Assembly (NCBI GenBank): GCA_965204755.1
Contig: OZ242011.1
Coordinates: 2,560,001 to 2,624,000 of the forward strand
From: Candidatus Marinacidobacterium sp.
Lineage (GTDB): Bacteria; Acidobacteriota; Vicinamibacteria; Marinacidobacterales; Marinacidobacteraceae
Direction: 5' to 3'
Length of the DNA: 64,000 nt
The notes below the pieces were generated by a model. That model made no database searches. It saw nothing but the letters and a program-made list of their open reading frames with translations, and was not told where the DNA came from. The position numbers and the translations under genes are program-made. Of the stretch, positions 1-14,959 are shown one piece after another. Positions within the stretch are counted from its first letter, which is position 1. Every line of letters starts with the position of its first letter.

Positions 1-2
1 GC

Positions 3-2408
3 TCTCCCTCCTGCCAGCACGCCGTCGTCGTCGGCCGGCGAGGCCTAGGCAAGACGATGCTGCTGGCGCGCGTGGCGGCGGAGATCCGCCGGACGCCGGA
101 ACTTGCGACCGGGTTGTTGCCGGTCCGGTTCACGGAGGAGAACCACGAGATACTGGACATCGGTGACTTCTGGTGCGAGGCGCTCTTCCACTTGGCGCGC
201 CAATCCGCGGAAGTCGCCCCCGACATTTCCCGTGAACTGCGTGAAGTCCATAGCGTGCTGGCGGCGCGCTGGCGCGGCGAGGAGATGGCCCTTCAAGCCC
301 GGGCCACCGTGCTGGAAGCCGCGGACCGCCTCGGGCGGCAACTCGTTCTCATGGTCGAGAACTTCCAGACCCTGGCTCGCGGCGGACCTTCCGGCGATGA
401 CTTCGGATGGAAACTGCGGGAGGCCCTGCAAACGGAACCGAAGATCATCTTCTTGGGGACCGCGACCAACCGCTCCTTCGGACAAGACGAATACCGGGCG
501 CCGTTCTACGGAATGTTCCGTGTCCTGCACTTGGAACCGCTCGGCACGGAGGACTGTGCGGAGTTGTGGCGCACGCTTGCTCCGGACTCCGCGACTGGAC
601 GGAATATCCGGCCGCTTGAAGTCCTCACCCGGGGTAATCCCCGTCTTCTCGCCATCGTGGCGCGGTTCGGCGCGCGGCGGTCGCTTCGGGCACTCATGGA
701 GCAGTTGGTGGCGCTCGTGGACGACCACACCGAGTACTTCCGCAGCCATCTCGAAGGACTCGCCCGGACGGAGCGTCGGGTGTATGTCGCAGCGATCGAC
801 CTCTGGCAGGCGTCGAGCAGTCAGGAGATCGCGGACCGGGCGCGGATGGACATCCGCGCGGTCTCGGCGTTGCTCGGACGATTGACCGACAGGGGGTTGC
901 TGCTCGCGGAGAAAGACGGCAAGAAACGCAGGTACGCGCCCGCCGAACGGCTGTTCTGCATCTACTACAAACTTCGCCGGGAGCGCGACGAGGCGGCGGT
1001 CGTGCGCCAACTCATCCGCTTCATGGCCTCGTTTTACGCGGAGGAGGAACTCGCGGGCTTCGCGCGGACGATGTTGGGCGACGCATCGCGCGAGCCGGCG
1101 GCCGCGAAGTGGCTCGGTTGGGCGATGCAGGAACCGATGTTCGCCGAGGTCGCGAGCAAAGTCCTGTTCGACGAACTGCGGCAGGCGGTGACGGACGACC
1201 AGCCGGAACGGATCGAGGCGGTAACGAAACAGGTGTTCTCCCTGGAAGAGAAGACGGGCGTTCCTGACGACTTGTTGGCCCCGGCCTATGTGGCGAAGGG
1301 GCATGTCTTCTTCCAGCGGGATGACCCGGCGGCTGCCGAGAAGGCTTGCCGGGAGTGCCTGGAACGGTTCGGGGCGAGCGGGGACGACCGGGTGCTCGTA
1401 TGCGTGGCCGGGGCGATCGAAATGCGGGGGGAAGCGCTTTCGCGGCTGGGGCGGAACGACGAGGCGCTCGAGTGTTTCGAGGAAGTGGAGCGGCGGTTCG
1501 GCGGGCGGATCGAAGGGCCGTTCGTTTCGACAGTGCTGCAGGCGCGCCTGGATCGCGGTCTCCTGTTGTCCCGGCTCGGGCGGTTGGACGAAGCCGCCCG
1601 GGACGCGGATCGGGTGCTCGAGAGGACCGGGCGCGAAGACCTGCCGACCTGGCGGCGGCAGTTCACCGAGGCGAGTTTCCTGAAGGCCGCGGCGCTGCGG
1701 AACCGCGAAGGCGCGGACAACCGCTCGCTGGCGGAGGCCGCCGCGCTCTGCGACCGGGTCGTCGAGCGGCTGCGCGGCGATGCGGACGCGCGGTCGCCGA
1801 TCCGGGTCCGGGACGCGCTGCTGTTGAAGAGCGACCTGCTGGCCTTCGGAGGTCGGCCGGCCGAGGCGCTCGCGGCGCTCGAACGGGTGGACGCCATGGC
1901 GCCCGACGAATGGGACGACCGGGGGTGGGGCGACGCCCGGTTGGCCGACGCGGTACGGGCGGACGCGCTGTTCCAGATGGCCCGCCGCCCGGAGGCGGAA
2001 GCGGTGGTTCGGCGCCTCTACGGGGAGTTCAACCCCGATTTGCCGGAGGCGGAGTTGCCGAAGGCCATCGCGCGGCTGGTCGGGGACTGCATCCGGTTCG
2101 GCGCCGCAGGGGCCGGGCCCGGCGTCCTCGTCGGGATCCTCGAGGAGGACCCCGAGGACTTCCGCGAGGAGACGCGGAGGGAGCACCGGCGGAAGATGGA
2201 CGCCGTCGCGCCGCTCCTCGTCGCCCTCCGCCAGTTGGCCGGCCTCCCGGCGCGGGCGCCCGCCGAAGCCCTGGAAGTGGCGAAAGACCTCCGCAACGAG
2301 TTCGACCGCGAGCGGAAGCGGCGCGCGGGGTTCCGCAGCCCCTACGAACTCCCGGACGAAGAGCCCGCCGCCCGCGTCGCGGAGCCGAAAGCCGACTACT
2401 CCCCGTAA
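3..2408 (+). CDS. P-loop ATPase with winged-helix and TPR-like C-terminal repeats (5' truncated by window edge)
   Basis: Frame is open upstream of ATG 57 and reads SPSCQHAVVVGRRGLGKT (Walker A at 33-56). Walker B-like LMVENF, HTH-like segment SSQEIADRARMDIRAVSALLGRL, helical TPR-like repeats (EALSRLGRNDEALECFEEV). Confidence 0.75.
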   Translation, partial: SPSCQHAVVVGRRGLGKTMLLARVAAEIRRTPELATGLLPVRFTEENHEILDIGDFWCEALFHLARQSAEVAPDISRELREVHSVLAARWRGEEMALQARATVLEAADRLGRQLVLMVENFQTLARGGPSGDDFGWKLREALQTEPKIIFLGTATNRSFGQDEYRAPFYGMFRVLHLEPLGTEDCAELWRTLAPDSATGRNIRPLEVLTRGNPRLLAIVARFGARRSLRALMEQLVALVDDHTEYFRSHLEGLARTERRVYVAAIDLWQASSSQEIADRARMDIRAVSALLGRLTDRGLLLAEKDGKKRRYAPAERLFCIYYKLRRERDEAAVVRQLIRFMASFYAEEELAGFARTMLGDASREPAAAKWLGWAMQEPMFAEVASKVLFDELRQAVTDDQPERIEAVTKQVFSLEEKTGVPDDLLAPAYVAKGHVFFQRDDPAAAEKACRECLERFGASGDDRVLVCVAGAIEMRGEALSRLGRNDEALECFEEVERRFGGRIEGPFVSTVLQARLDRGLLLSRLGRLDEAARDADRVLERTGREDLPTWRRQFTEASFLKAAALRNREGADNRSLAEAAALCDRVVERLRGDADARSPIRVRDALLLKSDLLAFGGRPAEALAALERVDAMAPDEWDDRGWGDARLADAVRADALFQMARRPEAEAVVRRLYGEFNPDLPEAELPKAIARLVGDCIRFGAAGAGPGVLVGILEEDPEDFREETRREHRRKMDAVAPLLVALRQLAGLPARAPAEALEVAKDLRNEFDRERKRRAGFRSPYELPDEEPAARVAEPKADYSP

Positions 2409-2410
2409 CC

Positions 2411-2470
2411 TTCCCCGCCGCCGCGCCGCCGCTCCCCGCCGCCGCACCGCCGCTCCCCGCCGCCGCGCCG
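2411..2470. repeat. 21-bp tandem repeat x3, intergenic
   Basis: Unit (c)tccccgccgccgc(g/a)ccgccg seen three times right after the stop codon. Confidence 0.7.
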
Positions 2471-2501
2471 CTGCTCCCTCCGCCGCTCCATCCGCCGTTC
2501 C

Positions 2502-4193
2502 ATGCCGCTCTCGCTGACCGACCTGGTCGTCTTCGCGCTGTTCCTCGGCGCGGTGATGTGGGTGTCGCTGCGGGCGGCCCGGCGGAGCGGGACCGCGAAG
2601 GGGTACTTCCTCGCCGGCCGCAGCCTCGGCGGATGGGCCATCGGGATGTCGCTGGTGGCGACCAACATCTCCACCGAGCACTTCGTCGGGATGTCCGGCT
2701 CCGCCGCCACCGACATCGGGCTCGCCATCGCCAGTTACGAGTGGACCGCCGCGGCGGCCCTCATCGTCATCGGCTGGGTCCTCCTGCCGCGCTACCTCCG
2801 CAGCGGCATCTACACCATGCCGGAGTTCCTCGAGCGGCGCTTCGACCGGGGTACGCGGACGATCCTCGCGGCGCTCCTGACCTCCGCCACCGTGTTCGTG
2901 GCGATGGCGACGGTGCTCTACTCCGGCGCGGTCGCGCTGAACGCGATCTTCGCGTTGCCGGAGCAGATCGGCGGCCGGCTGGGCCTCGACGGGGAGACCG
3001 CCGAGACCGCCGCCACCCTCTTCGGCGTCTGGGGCATCGCGGCGGCGGCGAGCGCCTACACCATCTACGGCGGGTTGAAGGCGGTGGTGTGGTCGGACTT
3101 CATCCAGGGGGTCGCGCTGCTCGGCGGCGGTTTCCTGGTGCTCTGGCTGGGGTTCGAGGCGGTCGGCGCCGGGGAGGGGGCGCTGGCCGGGGCGCTGGTC
3201 TTCTTCGCCGAGAACCGGGAGCGGCTGCGGGCGGCGCTGCCCGCCGACCACCCGGAACTCCCCTGGACGGCGGTGTTCGTGGGCGGGCTCTGGGTGACGC
3301 AGTTCTTCTACTGGGGCGTGAACCAGTTCATCACCCAGCGGACGCTGGCCGCCCGCAGCCTCGCCGAGGGGCAGCGCGGCATCCTCGCCGCGGCCTGGCT
3401 GAAGATCCTGGTGCCGTTCCTGGTCTGCCTGCCCGGGATCCTCGCGGTCCAACTCTACGGGGACCGGATTTCCCACCCGGACCAGGCCTACCCGGTGCTC
3501 GTCCGGGAACTGCTGCCGCCGGCGCTCCGGGGCGCGCTGCTGGCGGCGCTGGCCGGCGCGGTGATGAGTTCGTTCAACTCGATGCTGAACTCGGCCTCGA
3601 CGATGTACGCGCTGGACATCCATCCGCGGCTGGCGGAGCGGTGGGGGCGGCGGGCCCGGGGCGGCGCCCCGTCCGACCCCCAGTCCGACCCCCAGTCCGA
3701 CCCCCAGTCCGACCCCCAGTCCGACCCGGTGCGGGCCGCCAAGATCGCCTCGGCGGCGTTCGCGGTCGGCGCCTGCCTCTGGGCGCCGTTCATCGGCGGC
3801 TTCCCCGGCGTCTTCCGCTACATCCAACTCGCCTGGGGGTTCGTGACCCCGGGGATCGCCGCGGTGTTCTTCACCGGGGTCTTCACCCGGAGGGTCCCGG
3901 CGTGGGCGGCCCGCGCCGGGCTGCTGGCCGGGATCCCGCTCTACGGGCTGCTGCGGCTCGGCTGGCCGGAGACCGCCTTCGTCCACCACATCGGGATCAC
4001 CTTCCTCCTCGTCGCCGGCGGGCTGGCCTTCGCCGGCTGGAAGTGGCCGGCGGCGGACACCCGGCGGGACCGCGCGCCGGAGTCGGACCGGCTGAAGGAA
4101 CGGGCGTTGGACCTCACGCCGCTGCCCGGAGTGGCCTGGAAGGGGAGCGCGGCGCTGCTCGCCATCGCCTCGATCTACCTGGTCTTCCGCTGA
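2502..4193 (+). CDS. Sodium:solute symporter (SSS/SLC5 family)
   Basis: YFLAGRSLGGWAIGMSLVATNISTEHFVGMSG, YTMPEFLERRF, GGLKAVVWSDFIQ, NQFITQRTLAA motifs and many TM helices. Confidence 0.93.
   Translation: MPLSLTDLVVFALFLGAVMWVSLRAARRSGTAKGYFLAGRSLGGWAIGMSLVATNISTEHFVGMSGSAATDIGLAIASYEWTAAAALIVIGWVLLPRYLRSGIYTMPEFLERRFDRGTRTILAALLTSATVFVAMATVLYSGAVALNAIFALPEQIGGRLGLDGETAETAATLFGVWGIAAAASAYTIYGGLKAVVWSDFIQGVALLGGGFLVLWLGFEAVGAGEGALAGALVFFAENRERLRAALPADHPELPWTAVFVGGLWVTQFFYWGVNQFITQRTLAARSLAEGQRGILAAAWLKILVPFLVCLPGILAVQLYGDRISHPDQAYPVLVRELLPPALRGALLAALAGAVMSSFNSMLNSASTMYALDIHPRLAERWGRRARGGAPSDPQSDPQSDPQSDPQSDPVRAAKIASAAFAVGACLWAPFIGGFPGVFRYIQLAWGFVTPGIAAVFFTGVFTRRVPAWAARAGLLAGIPLYGLLRLGWPETAFVHHIGITFLLVAGGLAFAGWKWPAADTRRDRAPESDRLKERALDLTPLPGVAWKGSAALLAIASIYLVFR
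3672..3728 (+). repeat. In-frame 12-bp tandem repeat (SDPQ) in symporter loop
   Basis: tccgacccccag x4 plus a partial fifth copy. Confidence 0.9.
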
Positions 4194-4217
4194 CCCCCCG
4201 GGCGCCCCGCCGCCGGC

Positions 4218-8701
<4,484 letters not shown>

Positions 8702-8785
8702 CGGGGTTTCGGCGGGCGCCGGTCGACGCGAAGCGGGCCGGGAGGGGTTCCGCTTCCCCGGGAGGGAGGGCGGCGGGCAGGGCGG

Positions 8786-8936
8786 CGCGATTCGGGCCGC
8801 CGGGTTAGGATTCCCGGCTCCTCGAGCGCCCTTGCGGTGGGCGCTCCGGGTGGATGTGAGCCGCGACTGCCGGCGCGAGCCGGCGGGAGGAAACCGGATG
8901 CCGGGCTTGGCGCTCGTGGACTACGACAACCTGAGT
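8786..8936 (+). repeat. About 150-bp duplicated leader, copy 1 (putative -10 TAGGAT, hairpins, RBS GGGAGG, first codons of NYN)
   Basis: Nearly identical to 11814-11964. Confidence 0.85.
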
Positions 8937-9485
8937 CCGCCTCCCAGGCCGGGCCGGGACACCCCTCGACCGGGCGTCCGGCAGGTCGTGGACGCGGTCG
9001 TCGTGACCTTCCGCCGGGCGTTTCGCGAAGTGCGGGAGTTGGACATTCGACTCTACGGAGGCTGGATCGACGAGGCGGGCGGCCGCAGCCGGGCGGCGTT
9101 GGGGCTCGACGCCGAACTTCCCCTGCTCCGGGGTATCGTTCGGGGAGTGGATGTCCGACCCGTGATCGCCACGACGATTTTTCGGGATCCCGAACTCGTG
9201 CTGCGGGGCACGGTGCGCCTGCGACCCAAGCGGCCGCGGCAGAAGATGGTGGACGGGATGCTCGGGTGCGACGCGATGTTCGCGGCCTCGCTGGGCATGG
9301 AGCGGGTCGGCGTCTTCACCGATGACGAGGACTTGGCGCCGGCGCTCCTGGCGGCCCGGGTCGGCTCCTCGGCGCCGGGGCCGGCGTGGATGAGGCGCCG
9401 CGCGACCGGGACCGCGCCGAACGACGGCCTGCTCGCCGAGCGGGGCGTCCGGATCATCTGCACCGGCGGGGCTGACCATGCGTGA
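8898..9485 (+). CDS. NYN-domain (PIN-like) putative ribonuclease, copy 1
   Basis: RBS GGGAGG before ATG. Acidic motifs LVDYDNL, QKMVDGMLGCD and TDDEDLAP match the NYN catalytic pattern. Confidence 0.75.
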   Translation: MPGLALVDYDNLSPPPRPGRDTPRPGVRQVVDAVVVTFRRAFREVRELDIRLYGGWIDEAGGRSRAALGLDAELPLLRGIVRGVDVRPVIATTIFRDPELVLRGTVRLRPKRPRQKMVDGMLGCDAMFAASLGMERVGVFTDDEDLAPALLAARVGSSAPGPAWMRRRATGTAPNDGLLAERGVRIICTGGADHA

Positions 9486-11836
9486 CGCGCTCGAGTTCCG
9501 TACCCGGTGGAAGGGTCGTCTCGGGAGGGATCTCTTCTCCTTCAGCGACCCCGGATCCCTCGTCGAACTGGAGGACACGGAGCACGGTCTGCATGGGGCG
9601 TGGCAGGTGCGGGGGTCGGTTCGGGAAGCGGACTTCCACCTCCTGCCCCACGGGGATCTTCGGGTCCGGTGGAACGGGGATCGACTCACCTACGAGGAGT
9701 TCCTCGCGAGCGACCAGGTGGCCGATCTTCGGCGCCTGGCGAACAGGATTCTCCGGGACGGGCCGGCGCCGCGCTTCGTTTCCACCGAGGCGCGGCGCCA
9801 CGAGGACGGCGGCGCCGGTCATCGCGGACGGGCGGTGGAGTTGCTCCGCGGCCTCATCGAGAAACCCCACGGGACCGCCACCCGGGTCCTGGTGCTCACC
9901 GGGGATTCCGGCGCGGGCAAGACCACCGTGTTGCGCCGACTCACGGAGCATTACGCGGGGCTCTTCCTGGGGGGGGCGGGTCAAGCGAATGCTCCTGTAT
10001 GTCAACGCCCAGGGGCGCGCCCTCGGCCGCCTGCACGAGGCGCTGGCGACACGACTCCGGGATCTGGAGTCGCCGCTGACCTACCACTCGGTCAACACGC
10101 TGGCGCGGCGGGGAATCCTCGTGCCCGTGATCGACGGCTTCGACGAACTCCTGGGCGTCAGCGGGTACGAGGACGCGTTCAGTTCGCTCTTCGACTTCCT
10201 CGATGACCTCGAAGGAGCGGGATGCGTCCTGGGCTCGGTTCGTTCGACCTACTACGAGGAGGAGTTCGTGGCGCGCGCCGGCGCCGTCGTCGGTCGCGAG
10301 CGGGCGCGGTGGGTCCAGGTTCCGGTCCGGGTCGAAGGGTGGTCGGAAGACCGTCGTCGGCGCTTCCTGGAGAAGCGGGCCGCCGAGAAGGGGCTTTCGG
10401 CGGAGCGGGCCCGCGAAATCGGCGAACGAACGGCCGGGGTCTTCGCCGGACCGAGCGAGGCGCTGCGGACGCGGCCGTTCTTCTTCGCGAGGGTCGTCTC
10501 CCTGCTCCCGGAAGAGCCGGACTTCCGCGCCGGGGACGACCTCCTGGGGGAACTCGTCCGGGCGCGCCTCGACCGTGAATTGACCGAGAGACTTCTCGAC
10601 CGCCATTCCTCGCCGGTCCTGACGCCGGAACAGTTCGATCTCCTGGTGCGCGAACTCGCCCTGGAGATGTGGAACCTGCAGACCAGGGAACTCGACGGCC
10701 GGTCGGTTCGGGAAGTCGTCCGGTATGTCGCCGAGGCGGAGCGCCTTTCGGAGACGGCGGAGGCGGTCTTCCTGGAGAAGATGCCTTCGCTCGCGTTCCT
10801 GGCGTGCCGCGATCACCCCGGCCCGCACGCCCGGTTCGCCTTCGAGCACGAGGCGTTCTTCTTCTATTTCCTCGCGGAAACGATCGTTTCGCACTTCGGG
10901 TCACCGGACGCGGACCTCAGCATCATCCTGGGTCGGTCGGCGCTGCCCGAGGTCGTCGCCGAACGAGTGGCGCGCGCCCTCGGAGGCAGCGGCGCTTCCC
11001 GCGAGGGCCGGCAGTCCCTGTTGGAGCGGCTCGGTCGCGCCGACGCCACTCCGTCGCTGCGATCCGTGCAGATTCGAGAAAACGCCGGGCGGCTGGCGAT
11101 GGCGCTCCTTCGAGCGGGCGCCCCGGACGCCGCGTCCGGAGAACGCTCGCCGCAGGTCTCGAACATCGCCGTTCGCAACTTGACCTTTCCGGGGGGCGCG
11201 CTCGGCGGCGCGGTCTTCCGGAACTGTTCGTTCGAAGATGTCGAGTTCCGGCGCGCGGATCTCACCGGGACGCGTTTCCTGGGTTGCGAGGCGAAGAACG
11301 CGGTGTTCTTCCGGGAATCACGCATCGACCCGAAGACGACCCGTCTCGAGTTCCACGGCTTGGACGAAAGTCGTTTCCTGGGGCTGCGCCGGGTGGGTGA
11401 CGACGAAGGGATCCATGACCCCTGCGAGATACGAGCGACGCTGGCCGCGTGCGGTCTGCCCGTTCCCCGGGAGTCTCCGGAAGACGCGCCGACGGTCGAT
11501 CCGGAGGTCGTGGAGTTGCTCGAACGCTTGTTGCGAGCCTATCGGCGGGCCAATCCGGTGTGCCTGCAGGACGAGGCGCTCGGGAAACTCGTTTCGCATC
11601 CCGAGTGGGAAGGACTCAAGGCGCGGCTGCTGGAGTACGGGATCGTCAAGCGGGACCGGCGCGAGATCGGGGGCGAGAGGAAGGAGTTCCTTCGCCGCCG
11701 CTTCCGGCCCGACCAGATCATGGCCGGGCTTCTCGGCGGCGGCGCCGCCGATCCACGAGTCCGCAAGTTCTGGCGCTCGCTGGAGCCGCCGGCGAAGTCC
11801 GCGGGCCTCGCGACGCGGTTCGGGCCGCCGAGTTAG
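9478..11836 (+). pseudogene. STAND/NACHT-like NTPase with C-terminal pentapeptide-like repeats, copy 1, frameshifted at a G8 tract (9969-9976)
   Basis: Walker A GDSGAGKT lies in one frame; Walker B VIDGFDEL and FAFEHEAFFFYFLA lie in the next. Removing one G restores collinearity with the paralog at 12499. Confidence 0.75.
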
Positions 11837-11964
11837 GATTCCCGGCTCCTCGAGCGTCCTTGCGGTGGGCGCTCCGGGTGGATGTGAGCCGCGACTGCCG
11901 GCAGGGGCCGGCGGGAGGAAACCGGATGCCGGGCTTGGCGCTCGTGGACTACGCGAACCTGAGC
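11814..11964 (+). repeat. About 150-bp duplicated leader, copy 2
   Basis: Nearly identical to 8786-8936. Supplies the TAG stop of the upstream NTPase. Confidence 0.85.
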
Positions 11965-12492
11965 AGTCCCCGGGCTCAGCCGCCGGACCGGGACGCCTCG
12001 GCCGAGCGACTCCTGGAAGCGATCGTGGGCGGATTCCGTCGCCTCTTCGGGGAAGTGGACCCCTTGGAGGTGCGGTACTACGGCGGCTGGACCGACGAAG
12101 AGGGCCTGCCCGGCCCGGCGGCGGCGGAGGCCGCTGCGGTCCTCGCCGCGCTTCCCGATGAGGTCGCCGGAGTTCGGGTCCGGCCGAAGATGGCGACCAC
12201 GATGCTGCCTTTCCCCGAAGCCCTCCTGCAGGGGACGGTGCGGCTGGGCGTCCGTCCGCCCCGGCAGAAGATGGTGGACGGTATGCCGGGCGGGGACGCG
12301 GTCTTCGCGGCGTGGTCGGGCGTCGAGCGCGTCTGCGTGGTGACCGATGACGAAGACCTCGTACCCGCGATGCTGACCGCCCGGGCCGTCTCCCCGAACC
12401 GCCCGGTCTGGCTCCGGAGGCGCGTCCCGGGTTCCGGCCTGAACGACGCCCGCCTGCGGGAACTCGGCGTACGGATCGAAAGGCTCCGGTAG
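11926..12492 (+). CDS. NYN-domain putative ribonuclease, copy 2
   Basis: LVDYANL, YYGGWTDE, QKMVDGMPGGD and TDDEDLVP. Paralog of 8898-9485. Confidence 0.75.
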   Translation: MPGLALVDYANLSSPRAQPPDRDASAERLLEAIVGGFRRLFGEVDPLEVRYYGGWTDEEGLPGPAAAEAAAVLAALPDEVAGVRVRPKMATTMLPFPEALLQGTVRLGVRPPRQKMVDGMPGGDAVFAAWSGVERVCVVTDDEDLVPAMLTARAVSPNRPVWLRRRVPGSGLNDARLRELGVRIERLR

Positions 12493-12498
12493 CGCGCG

Positions 12499-14841
12499 AT
12501 GATGGATCGGAACGGGCGCCGCGAGTACTGGCGGTCGCGTATCCCGAGCGACCTTCGCTCGTTCGGCGACGCCGGGGAACTCGTGGAACTCGGCGATGCG
12601 GGGAGCGACCTGCGCGCCCGCTGGACGATGTTCGGGGAGGAGCGCGAGGCGATCTTCTCGTTCTCCGGAAACGGGAGCATCAGCGTCCTCTTCGACGGCA
12701 AGTCCTCGTCCTACGGCTCGTTCCTCGCCGGGCCCCAGGTGGGCGACCTCGAACAGGTGGCCCGAAGGATCGCCGTGGCCTCCCGACCGGAGCGCTTCGT
12801 CGAAACGGAGGCGGCGCTCGATGGTTCGAATGCTCCCGAACCCGCGGTCGAACTCCTTTCCCGGATGATCGAGACGCCGACGGCGGCGGCTACGCGACTC
12901 GTCATCCTGACCGGCGGCGCCGGCGCCGGCAAGACCACCGTCCTGCGCGAACTCGTTGCCCGCCAGGCGGACCGTTACCTGCGAGGCGAGACGAAACGAC
13001 TTCTGCTGTATGTGAATGCGCAGGGCAGATCGCTCGCCCGGTTCAACGAAGCGCTGGCGCTGGAACTCCGGGAACTGCGGGCGCCCCTCACCGGTCACTC
13101 GGTGGCCACTCTCGCCCGCGAAGGGTTGGTCGTCCCGGTCATGGACGGCCTCGATGAATTGTTGGGCGTCAGCGGTTACGACGACGCCTTCGCTTCGGTC
13201 TCCACTTTTCTCGATGCGATGGAGGGCGAAGGGTGCGTACTGGCGGCGGCCCGTTCGACCTACTACGAGGAGGAGTTCGTCTCGAGGGCGGCGGAGATGT
13301 GGCGCAACGAGCGCGCCCGGTGGCGGCAGGTCCCGGTCCGGCTGCGCGGCTGGGCCGAAAAGCAGCAGACCGGGTTCGTCGAACGGTGGGCGGCCGCGAA
13401 GGCCCTGACCGGTGACGAGAGGGATGCGGTGTCCGGGCGCCTGACCCGGCTGTTCTCCGGGAAAGGCGCAGAGTTCGGACGAAGGCCGTTCTTCTTCGCG
13501 AGAGCGGCGGAACTGGCGTCGCGCTCGACGGACTTCCGAAGGGGAGGCGACCTGCTCCGGGAAATCGTCGAGGAGTACCTGGAGCGGGATCGGTTGGAGA
13601 AACTCCCGGACCGGCATATCGCTCCGATGCTCACCCGCCGCCGGTTCCGCCTCCTGATGCAGAAGTTGGCCCTGCAGATGTGGCTGCTGGAGACGCGCGA
13701 ACTCGACGGCTCCTCGCTGCGAGGAGTCGTCGACGACCTGGCGGAGACCGAAGACCTCTCCGACGAAGACCGAAGAGCCCTGGTCGAACGGTTGCCGTCG
13801 CTCGCGCTCCTGACGCGCGGCAAGGGCCACGGAGGACGCCACCGGATCGCCTTCGAGCATGAACTGTTCTTCTTCCACTTCCTTTCCGATGCCGTCGTCT
13901 CGCTGTTCGCATCACCCGGGCAGGATGTGCAGGCGATCCTCGGTCGGGGGGCCTTGCCGGGCGAAGTGGCCTTCCGGGTGGCGAAGGGGCTGCGGGACGC
14001 GGGGCGCGAGGACGGTCCGACCGGCGCGCAGCGGCTGCTCGACCGCCTGCGCCGGGCCGGTTCGGGCGAGTGGCGGCGGGGGCCGCAGGTTCGGGAGAAT
14101 GCCGGACTGCTGGCCATGGCGATGTTCCGCGAGGGGGTCTGGGTCGAGGACACCCGGGACCACGGGCCGGCGGTGGCGCATCTCGTCATCCGCGGCATGG
14201 TGTTTCCCGGAGGGGACCTCCGCGGCGTGACTTTCTTCCGGTGCGCCTTCGAGGAGGTGACGATGCGCCGCACCGACCTGGCCGAGACGCGTTTCGTGGA
14301 ATGCGAGGCGAAACGGTGCGTCCTCGTGGCGCCGCGGCTGGATCCGGAGCGCGCGCGGCTCGACCTTCGCGGCCTTTCGACCGGCGATGTACACGGGATT
14401 CGCCTTCCCGGAACCGACCGGAGCGCCTATGCCCCGGAGGTCGTCCGCGAAACCTTGCGGCGTTGCGGCGCCGCGGTCGCTTACCAGGCGGACGGGTCAG
14501 CGCCGCGAGTGGATCCGGGCGTCGTGCTCCTGATGGAGCGATTGGCCCGGGCTTTCGGACGCGCGAACCCGGTGTGTCTGCAGGACGACGGGTTGCGGGA
14601 GGTCTTCGGCAGCCCCGAATGGGTCGAGGTGAAGCGGCGACTGCTGCGCCACGAGATCGCCGTTCCGGAGAGCCGGGAAACGCGCTCGGGACCGATGGAC
14701 TTCCTCCGCCGCCGCTTCCGGCCGGAGCAGATCATGGCCGGCCTCGACGGCGCTGCGGAGGTCGATCCGCGAATCCGGTTGTTCTGGAAGTCCCTGGAAT
14801 CCCCGGCGCGCGGCGACGGGCGCCAGCCGGAGGCTCGTTAG
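12499..14841 (+). CDS. STAND/NACHT-like NTPase with pentapeptide-like repeats, copy 2 (intact)
   Basis: Walker A GGAGAGKT, Walker B VMDGLDEL, IAFEHELFFFHFL, and a GDLRGVTFFRCAFEEVTMRRTDLAETRFVEC beta-helix-like segment. Confidence 0.8.
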   Translation: MMDRNGRREYWRSRIPSDLRSFGDAGELVELGDAGSDLRARWTMFGEEREAIFSFSGNGSISVLFDGKSSSYGSFLAGPQVGDLEQVARRIAVASRPERFVETEAALDGSNAPEPAVELLSRMIETPTAAATRLVILTGGAGAGKTTVLRELVARQADRYLRGETKRLLLYVNAQGRSLARFNEALALELRELRAPLTGHSVATLAREGLVVPVMDGLDELLGVSGYDDAFASVSTFLDAMEGEGCVLAAARSTYYEEEFVSRAAEMWRNERARWRQVPVRLRGWAEKQQTGFVERWAAAKALTGDERDAVSGRLTRLFSGKGAEFGRRPFFFARAAELASRSTDFRRGGDLLREIVEEYLERDRLEKLPDRHIAPMLTRRRFRLLMQKLALQMWLLETRELDGSSLRGVVDDLAETEDLSDEDRRALVERLPSLALLTRGKGHGGRHRIAFEHELFFFHFLSDAVVSLFASPGQDVQAILGRGALPGEVAFRVAKGLRDAGREDGPTGAQRLLDRLRRAGSGEWRRGPQVRENAGLLAMAMFREGVWVEDTRDHGPAVAHLVIRGMVFPGGDLRGVTFFRCAFEEVTMRRTDLAETRFVECEAKRCVLVAPRLDPERARLDLRGLSTGDVHGIRLPGTDRSAYAPEVVRETLRRCGAAVAYQADGSAPRVDPGVVLLMERLARAFGRANPVCLQDDGLREVFGSPEWVEVKRRLLRHEIAVPESRETRSGPMDFLRRRFRPEQIMAGLDGAAEVDPRIRLFWKSLESPARGDGRQPEAR

Positions 14842-14959
14842 GTCAACGAGACTCGCCGAAGTTCGCGGGCAGTTTGCGCCGCTCGCTCGAAGTAACGCGG
14901 CGCGCCGCGATACTCCCGGGTAAGGGCGCGGGGATGCGGGGAGCGATGTTCCACCCACG

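Noticed and set aside
45-3989. Long antisense and alternative-frame ORFs here and throughout (e.g. 35640-40037, 48502-51870)
   Set aside because: They are Arg/Pro/Gly-rich shadows of real genes, as expected at very high GC.
8804-14843. Integron attC sites suggested by GTTAGG at 8804, 11832 and 14837
   Set aside because: No matching upstream RYYYAAC inverse core and no integrase are visible. TAGGAT is better read as a -10 box and/or stop codon.
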